This document shows positions 16,168 to 23,900 of a stretch of 32,000 nucleotides of DNA, piece after piece. The notes under the pieces were generated by a model. The model had not been told where the DNA came from and did no database searches. It worked only from the letters and a program-made list of their open reading frames with translations. This stretch comes from Candidatus Methanophagaceae archaeon (GTDB taxonomy: Archaea > Halobacteriota > Syntropharchaeia > Alkanophagales > Methanospirareceae). Positions within the stretch are counted from its first letter, which is position 1; every line of letters begins with the position of its first letter. The DNA lies in assembly GCA_003194425.1 (NCBI GenBank), contig PQXB01000001.1:250444-282443 (forward strand), in the 5' to 3' direction. A program made the position numbers and the translations under genes.

Positions 16168-16788
16168 ATGAAAACGAAGATTGGCAAAAAAAGTATAGGA
16201 ATATTGATTGCAGCGATAATAGTTACTTCAGTCTTTGCAGCGATTGCGCCGACAATTGGTCAGGAAGGAGATGATGGGATAGTAGAACCGGAATGGGCAC
16301 CACCAGCACCGTGGGGACCGGGCTTAAATATTACAATAGCGACACCACCAGAAGATTCCTGCGTGCACGATACGATAAACCTTACGTGGCTAAAGAATGG
16401 CACGACTACCCCGGCAGTTTTAAAGGATTATCTGTATGTAGCGCTCGTTGACTGTGGGTCGCCGTATTGTATGCACACAATAGAAGAGAAAGTCTGCCTG
16501 CATGGTTGTACCTACTATGAGGTAGATCTCACAGATAATGATTGGCAGAAACACATAGACCAGTGCGAGGAGTTCTGTATATATGTCTGGAATTCTTCTA
16601 CCAGATTCGGACTACCTGACACCTCATACTTTAGGAACGGGACTACGCTTAGATATGACAAAGTAGAGCCGTGCATAGAAGCGGTCGATCCAATAGATGG
16701 CAGATGGGTTAACTGCACAGCGGATCTTGAGTTGAACGTTTCGGCATGTGACTGGAGTCATAATTCCGCAGTGGGAATAGTAAAGTAA
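16168..16788 (+). CDS. secreted Cys-rich hypothetical protein
   Basis: The track ORF starts at a GTG (16153) that lies inside the Shine-Dalgarno sequence itself. The ATG at 16168 lies 12 nt after the GGTG of TTAGGAGGTGA. Signal/anchor segment KKSIGILIAAIIVTSVFAAIAPTIG. The mature part contains many Cys and several N-X-S/T sequons. No family recognised. Confidence 0.7.
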   Translation: MKTKIGKKSIGILIAAIIVTSVFAAIAPTIGQEGDDGIVEPEWAPPAPWGPGLNITIATPPEDSCVHDTINLTWLKNGTTTPAVLKDYLYVALVDCGSPYCMHTIEEKVCLHGCTYYEVDLTDNDWQKHIDQCEEFCIYVWNSSTRFGLPDTSYFRNGTTLRYDKVEPCIEAVDPIDGRWVNCTADLELNVSACDWSHNSAVGIVK

Positions 16789-16826
16789 AGGAGAACAGAA
16801 AAAAAAGGACCATAAAAAATTTGGAT

Positions 16827-16867
16827 AGAAGAGGAACAAAAACCTCTTCTATTTTTTTATTTTTTTT
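16827..16867 (+). terminator. hairpin plus oligo-T terminator after the Cys-rich protein gene
   Basis: agaagagg-aacaaaaa-cctcttct is a perfect 8-bp stem (16827-16850), followed by tttttttattttttttt (16852-16867). Confidence 0.45.
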
Positions 16868-16877
16868 GAACGGAAAA

Positions 16878-17990
16878 ATGAAATCTGTTAGTGTTATTGC
16901 GATGATAATTTTTGCACTCGCCGTGGCAGTGGAAGTGGCAGCAGCAATTCCGCCCTCTCCAAAATACGAAGTATATCGCGGCGATGTCTTCGTTAACGGA
17001 ACGCTTGCGCCAGACGGGACGAGAGTGTCAGTAAAAGTAGGTGCGCTCGACGAAGTGGAAGACAGCACAGAAAATGGAACATATTGGATAGCAATTAAAT
17101 CCTCGCAAGCGAGCCAAGGAGACATGGTAACGCTTAAAATATACGATGCAGTCGTGGAGACTGCCAAAATTGATAAAAACGACTACATCTCTCAAAATTA
17201 CATAAATTTATACCTTGAGGATTATTTAGTAAACGAATCCGCACAACCGGACGCTCTGCCCGAAACGACAACCGAGAGCAGGATATTAGTAAATTGGGCA
17301 TTTTATTCCGGCTACGACTCAACAGGGGTGAAATGCTACGAGTTGTTAAGGAGATACGAAGATGAGAAAACATTTTCCTCGCTCGTTAAGACAAATAATA
17401 CACGCTATTTTGACATTCTAAACGCTACTGGCGAATATTGCTACAGGCTCGTAACCTACGACTTCGTCGGCAACTCCAAAAATTCTACGCAGGATGTCTG
17501 CACAACCTTCGTCTCCAACAAGACCTTCACACTCAACGGCTTCGTGAAATACGAAAACGGGACAGGAGTCAGCAACGCAAACGTTACCCTTGAAAAATAC
17601 TTCAATCCTGTAAATTCAACCACCACGACCGAGAAAGGCTACTACGAACTCGCAGCCTCTTGGAAGAGGTACAATTTAACCGCGGCGAAAGGAGATGTTT
17701 TGGTCTGGGGGAGGGAAGGGAAAGGAGGAGCAAAGTACATTTCCTTCCTTAACAGTTCCGCCGTCGTAAATTTAGACGCAAACAAGACCGTGAATCTTAC
17801 TTTGGTAGTGAAAGGGGATTTGGACGGGGACTGCGCGGTGGGAATTGCGGATGTTCGTGTGGTCGCGAGAATGCTAGTTGGAAGCGTCTCGGAAGACTTG
17901 AAAGCGGACTTTAACGGGAACGGTTGCGTGGATTTAGGGGACGCTGCGAAGTTGCTCGGGTTTGTTAAAGGTGGAGTGAGTAAGTTATAA
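16878..17990 (+). CDS. secreted protein with FN3-like and carboxypeptidase-regulatory-like modules and a C-terminal dockerin-like domain
   Basis: The track ORF starts at 16821. The ATG at 16878 begins a signal peptide, MKSVSVIAMIIFALAVAVEVAAA. The C-terminus has two EF-hand-like dockerin segments, GDLDGDCAVGIADVRVVARML and DFNGNGCVDLGDAAKLLGFV (about 17815-17960). Confidence 0.8.
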   Translation: MKSVSVIAMIIFALAVAVEVAAAIPPSPKYEVYRGDVFVNGTLAPDGTRVSVKVGALDEVEDSTENGTYWIAIKSSQASQGDMVTLKIYDAVVETAKIDKNDYISQNYINLYLEDYLVNESAQPDALPETTTESRILVNWAFYSGYDSTGVKCYELLRRYEDEKTFSSLVKTNNTRYFDILNATGEYCYRLVTYDFVGNSKNSTQDVCTTFVSNKTFTLNGFVKYENGTGVSNANVTLEKYFNPVNSTTTTEKGYYELAASWKRYNLTAAKGDVLVWGREGKGGAKYISFLNSSAVVNLDANKTVNLTLVVKGDLDGDCAVGIADVRVVARMLVGSVSEDLKADFNGNGCVDLGDAAKLLGFVKGGVSKL

Positions 17991-18011
17991 GAGGTGAGTA
18001 AGTTATAAGAA
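17976..18011 (+). repeat. 18-bp tandem duplication spanning the stop codon of the dockerin-protein gene
   Basis: gtgagtaagttataagag (17976-17993) is followed by gtgagtaagttataagaa (17994-18011). The TAA stop at 17988-17990 lies in copy 1. Confidence 0.85.
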
Positions 18012-18062
18012 ACGAAATAAAAAGAATAAGAAGAATAAAGAATAGGAGAAGCACGAGAAAAA

Positions 18063-18500
18063 ATGGGGAAGAAGAAAAGAGCAAAAGTAAGAATAGGAAT
18101 GCTAGTAGTAGCGGTAAGTGTAGTAGCGTTGTTTTCGGCATCGGCATTCGCACAGCCGCCGGGTCTGCCATTTGGAAACGAGACGACAAACGAAACGGGA
18201 TTGCCACCCATTCCAATTCCGCCGACACAGCCTCCTGAAAATGCGCCTCTTCCGTCGCCTTCGGTAACCGCAACACTGCCTGTCTCTGCACCTGCCACTC
18301 CAACTGCACCACCAACTGCACCACCAACTGCACCTCCAACTGCACCAACTACTCCTACCGTGACGGTAACAGCAGTAACACCAAAACCGCAAGCCGAGAC
18401 GCCAGGTTTTAGCGTTTCGGCGGTTGTTACAGCAGTGCTTGGTCTTGGGTTTGTGTTAGTGGGGCTTAAAAGGACGGGGCAAAGAAAGAAGAGCAAATAA
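18063..18500 (+). CDS. small Pro/Thr-rich surface protein with PGF-CTERM archaeosortase sorting signal
   Basis: Signal peptide RIGMLVVAVSVVALFSASAFA. Pro/Thr-rich linker including PTAP x4, encoded by a 12-bp x4 repeat at 18301-18348. C-terminal TPGFSVSAVVTAVLGLGFVLVGLKRTGQRKK, that is a PGF motif, a TM helix and a basic tail. Confidence 0.8.
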   Translation: MGKKKRAKVRIGMLVVAVSVVALFSASAFAQPPGLPFGNETTNETGLPPIPIPPTQPPENAPLPSPSVTATLPVSAPATPTAPPTAPPTAPPTAPTTPTVTVTAVTPKPQAETPGFSVSAVVTAVLGLGFVLVGLKRTGQRKKSK

Positions 18501-20948
18501 ATGGAAAGGATAATTGGAATAGCAATTTTCGTTTTGCTAGTCGCAGGGGTAGGGGCAGCGAGCGCCGACACCTTCGTGCCAGGCGAGGTGATTGTTGGTT
18601 TCGAGCGGGCAACAGGAGTGCAGGCACAGGAATCGCTGATAAAAAGCTGCGGCGGGGCAGTAACAGACAGAGACACCACGCTTGGCTGGGTGTTAGCGAA
18701 GGTAGAAGAGGGGAAAGAGCAGGAATTTATCGCGAACATTTCGGGAGAGCGGGGCGTGAGGTACGCGGAGCGGAACGGAGTTGTAAGAGCGCTTTACGTT
18801 CCTAACGACCCAAAATGGAGTGAGCAGTGGGGACTGGAGAGAATAAACGCGGACGACGCTTGGAAGGTCGAGAAAGGCAGCACGAGCGTTAAAATCGCGA
18901 TCGTGGACACAGGCGTAGACTACAACCACGAAGACTTAAACGCGAACTACTTTAGCGGGGGCTACGACTGGGTTAACAATGACAGCGACCCTTGGGACGA
19001 CTCGGTAGGGCAGTACCACGGACACGGCACACACTGCGCTGGGATTGCAGCCGCGGAGATGGATAATTCTGCAGGAATCGCCGGCGTCGCGCAAGTCGGA
19101 ATTCTGGCTGAAAAAGTTATTAACGAGACTGGCTACGGCTCTTACTCGGACTTGGCTAGCGGAATTCAGCACGCCGCAGCGCAGGGTGCAAAAATAATAA
19201 GCCTGAGCGTTGGCGGGAGTTCGGCTTCGCCCACTCTAAAAAATGCCTGCAAGTACGCCTGGGACAAGGGCTGCCTCCTCGTTGCCGCTGCCGGGAACGA
19301 CGACACAACCGAAGTCTGCTACCCTGCACGCTACGAGACTGTAGTCGCGGTCGGCGCGATAAATGAGGTGGGCGTTAAGTCGATTTACAGCAACTACGGA
19401 CCTGATGTTGAGCTGGCAGCACCCGGCGACGACATTCTCTCGACCCTTCCGAACAACACTTACACCCGCAAATTTGGGACTTCGGCGGCTACTCCTTTTG
19501 TCGCCGGTGTTGCAGGGTTAGTTTGGTCGCGGAGTCCCGAGCTGACGAACGAGGAGGTGCGGGAGCGGTTGCACAGGGTCAGCACAGACTACGACTGGGT
19601 TGAGTACGGTTTGGTGGACGCAGCGAGGGCGCTCTCCACAGCCGCGGGGTCAGACTACGCACGGGCGGGCTCGCTGATTGTAACGATTGGAAAAAACGCA
19701 ACGACGCAGGTTAGCGTCGGGAACGCGAAAAATATTACCGGCGTCTCGTTGAACCTTGAGTACGACGCCTCTAAACTCTCGGTTCAAAAAATAGCCGCGA
19801 ACGAGACGACAAACCAATCTTCAAACGGCTCCTGCTACTGCTACAGCAACACAACCTCCGCAGGAGTCGCAAGAATCGTTTTCCTCACCGCAGAACCGCT
19901 CAACTCAACAACAAGCGAGACCCCGATTCTTGACATTGAATTCAAGGCAGTAGGGGGCGCAGACACTCGCTCTTACTTGAATTTGAGTAGCGTCGAGTTT
20001 GCGAACGCGGGCTACCTGCCTTTCGCACCTTCAAAAGTCTTCAACGGCACGGTAGAGGTGAAGTCCTCCCTTTACGGCGTGAACCTAACCGTAGAAGGAA
20101 CGAAGTGTGCGTGGAATTTCACTGAGCCGAACGAGAACGCAACTTTCCTCCTTGCACTGCGCAACACGGGCGTCGTTGCTGACAACTACACGCTTGAGGT
20201 TGAGAGCCCAGAGGGGGCGGAGGTCGCTGCGTTGAACTCAACAGAAATAACAAACCTCGCACCAGAGGCGACCGCAAAAGTCCTGCTTCAAGTAACCTCC
20301 GCAGACGAGGGTACTTACACTGTAAATGTAACCGCGACCTCAGAATGCGACCTGGACATTTACGACCAAGTCACGACGAGGACGCTCGTAGCCACGAGAT
20401 ATAATTTGCAAACAAGCCTGCTCGAAGGCTGGAACCTGTTCGGAGTGCCGCTAAATGTGAGTGTCGAGGTCGGTGGCAGTGGCTGGAGTTTGCCCGCGGT
20501 CTTGGCTTCAATCGAGGGAAAATACGACTACCTCTCCTACTACAACACGAGCACTGGGAGAACAGATTTCTACGACCCGCTCAACACCGAATTCTCGACG
20601 CTAAAGACCCTGAAACCCGGAGCAGGCTACCTCGTCCACCTAACTGAAGAGGCACCTGTCTCGCTCGAGTTTGAGGGTGTGAAGTTAAGGGGGTTGGAAG
20701 TGCCGTTGGAGAGAGGTTGGAATATGTTCTCGGTTCCGTACGGCGTAGCGGATAAAACGCTACCCGCGGTTCTGAAATCAATCGAGGGAAACTACGACTA
20801 CATTTACTACTACAACGCGACCACAGGGGAAATGGACTACTACGACCCGCTTAATCCCGAACTTTCAACGCTGAAAATTTTAGAACCCGGAGCTGGGTAT
20901 TTAATACACATAATTAACAAAGTAACATATTTTCCGGCAATTAAATAA
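18501..20948 (+). CDS. subtilisin-like serine protease (peptidase S8) with I9-like propeptide, cohesin-like module, CARDB/NEW3-like module and two C-terminal GWN...PGAGY repeats
   Basis: - Catalytic triad motifs: IAIVDTGVD (Asp codon 18906-18908), HGHGTHCAG (His 19032-19034), GTSAATPFVAG (Ser 19482-19484).
- Cohesin-like segment: LIVTIGKNATTQVSVGNAKNITGVSLNLEYDASKLSVQKI...PILDIEFKAVGG...FNGTVEV (about 19680-20065).
- Two roughly 85-aa repeats EGWNLFGVP...PGAGYLVHL and RGWNMFSVP...PGAGYLIHI (about 20410-20930).
- The ATG directly follows the TAA of the upstream gene. Confidence 0.9.
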   Translation: MERIIGIAIFVLLVAGVGAASADTFVPGEVIVGFERATGVQAQESLIKSCGGAVTDRDTTLGWVLAKVEEGKEQEFIANISGERGVRYAERNGVVRALYVPNDPKWSEQWGLERINADDAWKVEKGSTSVKIAIVDTGVDYNHEDLNANYFSGGYDWVNNDSDPWDDSVGQYHGHGTHCAGIAAAEMDNSAGIAGVAQVGILAEKVINETGYGSYSDLASGIQHAAAQGAKIISLSVGGSSASPTLKNACKYAWDKGCLLVAAAGNDDTTEVCYPARYETVVAVGAINEVGVKSIYSNYGPDVELAAPGDDILSTLPNNTYTRKFGTSAATPFVAGVAGLVWSRSPELTNEEVRERLHRVSTDYDWVEYGLVDAARALSTAAGSDYARAGSLIVTIGKNATTQVSVGNAKNITGVSLNLEYDASKLSVQKIAANETTNQSSNGSCYCYSNTTSAGVARIVFLTAEPLNSTTSETPILDIEFKAVGGADTRSYLNLSSVEFANAGYLPFAPSKVFNGTVEVKSSLYGVNLTVEGTKCAWNFTEPNENATFLLALRNTGVVADNYTLEVESPEGAEVAALNSTEITNLAPEATAKVLLQVTSADEGTYTVNVTATSECDLDIYDQVTTRTLVATRYNLQTSLLEGWNLFGVPLNVSVEVGGSGWSLPAVLASIEGKYDYLSYYNTSTGRTDFYDPLNTEFSTLKTLKPGAGYLVHLTEEAPVSLEFEGVKLRGLEVPLERGWNMFSVPYGVADKTLPAVLKSIEGNYDYIYYYNATTGEMDYYDPLNPELSTLKILEPGAGYLIHIINKVTYFPAIK

Positions 20949-20964
20949 AATAGGAGACAGAGAA

Positions 20965-23900
20965 ATGGGAGAAAAGGGAAGGAAGAGAGAGGGGGGAAAG
21001 TGGAAGAAGAGACGACTGATTGGAGTAGCGGCGGTGGGGGCGATATTAGTGACGACTTTTGCTTCGCAGGCTGTGTGCGCATCGGTGCCGTTGTTTAATG
21101 AGGCAATACTTAGAGGGTATGTTTTCGATACGCAGGGAAATCCAATACAAAGGGCATTAATTGAATGGCGAGATAGCGAGACTATGGAACTATTTGAACT
21201 TACAACCACAACCTACACAGGATATTATTCCACGCCACACTTGTTCAACGACGCGGGCGCCGTAAGATCCTTGATAACCGCCGCAAAGACAGACTTCTCT
21301 ACTAACTCAACAATAATAACGACCGAGCCTGCTTTTCCGCCTACATTTTACGAACTGAATTTTACATTGCTTGAAATAGCGGAAACAGGCAGCATAAACA
21401 TAAACGAGATAATGTACAATCCAAGCACGGAGCAAGGAAGCGACACCGTGCTGGAGTGGATTGAACTGCGCAACGACGACACAGCAGCAGTGAACCTAAA
21501 CGGCTGGACGATTGCGACACCCGAAGTAGGAAAAATAACAGAAGAAATAATTCTGCAGCCGGGAGGTTACGCAGTGCTTGCGAGGAACAAGGACGCGTTT
21601 GAGGCCTACTACGGTGCCGGTGGCGAGTTGTCGTGCTCGGTGGTAGAAGTGGAAATGAGACTTGGAAATGCAGAGGACACGGTAGTCTTGAAAGACGGTG
21701 CAGGAACAGAAATCGACCGGGTGTCCTACAAGGACGACTGGGGTGCGGACGGTAACGGGAAAACACTGGAACTAATTGGAGCAGGCGGGGGCTGGCGAGA
21801 GAGCGTAGCAGACGACGGAACGCCTTGTGCAGAGAACAGCGTAGTTTTTATGAAGCCCGACCTGACGGTTACCGTTTCAGACGGCTCGCTTAACTGCGGC
21901 TTCCTCTTCGGGAACGAGAGCAACGAGGTCTGCGTAACTGTCGAGAACATCGGCACTGACAGGACAGACGCGTTCAACCTCTCCTTCGATATGAACGGCT
22001 TCAGCACAGAAGAGCGAGTGGCTGGCGGGTTAGTGGCTGGCGGGAATGCAACAACGGTCTGCGTCGCCGACCCGACGCTGCGAAGTGCGGGCGATTCGGT
22101 GACCGTTCGCGTCGTCGCAGACTGCAACGGCGAAATTACTGAGTCGAACGAGACGAACAACGCAGCCAGCCTCACAACAACAGTCGTGAACAACGGCTAC
22201 AAAGGAAAACGATACACCGGCGGCGAGGACATCGCCAGTTGGAAGAAATTTGAACTCAACGGCGACCTGCTCTACTCTGTCGGCGACAGTTTCTATCTGA
22301 GTGCTTACACCTACAAGCACTGGACGGAGTACGCTGCAAACTGGACTGTGAGCGACCTGCAAGTTCCTGATACTGAAACTGCGACCGTTAGAGAGGCGAG
22401 GTTGTACGTGCCTTACACCTGGGACAAGGCAGGTGTGATGCCCGACGAGGTGAGCCTGACCTTCAACGGCGTGACTCAAACGTTGGACGCACACTACACG
22501 GATGAGAAAATGCACGCTACCAGCTACCCCTACGGAATGCTGGTATACAATGTAACCGAAGATTTGGATACAAGCGCAAGCGGCAACACCGCAGTACTCA
22601 CTAACTCTCACCTCGGTGGCGGAAATGTGTCAATTCGCGGAATGCTTCTCACGGTGATTTACGCAGACGAGAGCGAGCCACTGCGTGAGATATTTGTTAA
22701 CGAGGAGTTTGACCTGCTCTACGGCGGGGCGTCAAAATGCACGACGCCCGAGGAGGCGACCGCTTACGCTCCTTTCGGAACTGCTGACACTGAAGATGTT
22801 CTTTCTGCCACGCTGGTAACAGTCGCTCCTGGTGCAGGACCGAGTGAGGGGGAGCTGACCTTTAACGGGCAGAAATGGACGGACGTGTGGAGTTTTGCAG
22901 GCGCTACGCAAATAGGAATAGACAAGCGAGAAGTAACTTCGTTCTTGCAGGCGGCCGAGAACGAAGCGGGGTTCCAAAGCAGCGCCGACTACTTTGAACC
23001 GAGCAACGCAATTCTCGTTGTAGAACACATTGAGCGGGTAAACCTAAACATAAACGAGATAATGTACAATCCAAGCAAGGAGCAAGGAAGCGACACCGTG
23101 CTGGAGTGGCTTGAACTGCGCAACGACGACACAGCAGCAGTGAACCTAAACGGCTGGACGATTGCGACACCCGAAGTAGGAAAAATAACAGAAGAAATAA
23201 TTCTGCAGCCTGGAGGTTACGCAGTGCTTGCGAGGAACAAGGACGCGTTTGAAAATTACTACGGTGCCGGTGGCGAGTTGTCGTGCTCGGTGGTAGAAGT
23301 GGAAATGAGACTTGGAAATGCAGAGGACACGGTAGTCTTGAAAGACGGTGCAGGAACAGAGATCGACCGGGTGTCCTACAAGGACGACTGGGGTGCGGAC
23401 GGTAACGGGAAAACACTGGAATGGAATGCGACAGGCTGGTTTGAGAGCGAAGTAGAGGGCGGAACGCCTTGTGCAGAGAACAGCGTAGTTTTTATGAAGC
23501 CCGACCTGACGGTTACCGTTTCAGACGGCTCGCTTAACTGCGGCTTCCTCTTCGGGAACGAGAGCAACGAGGTCTGCGTAACTGTCGAGAACATCGGCAC
23601 TGACAGGACAGACGCGTTCAACCTCTCCTTCGATATGAACGGCTTCAGCACAGAAGAGCGAGTGGCTGGCGGGTTAGTGGCTGGCGGGAATGCAACAACG
23701 GTCTGCGTCGCCGACCCGACGCTGCGAAGTGCGGGCGATTCGGTGACCGTTCGCGTCGTCGCAGACTGCAACGGCGAAATTACTGAGTCGAACGAGACGA
23801 ACAACGCAGCCAGCCTCACAACAACAGTCGTGAACAACGGCTACAAAGGAAAACGATACACCGGCGGCGAGGACATCGCCAGTTGGAAGAAGTTTGAACT

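Noticed and set aside
17642-18739. 365-aa minus-strand ORF spanning three plus-strand genes
   Set aside because: It crosses two intergenic regions and is antisense to genes with clear signal peptides and catalytic motifs. Its composition is low-complexity (Pro/Thr/Ala/Ser), so it is a shadow ORF.
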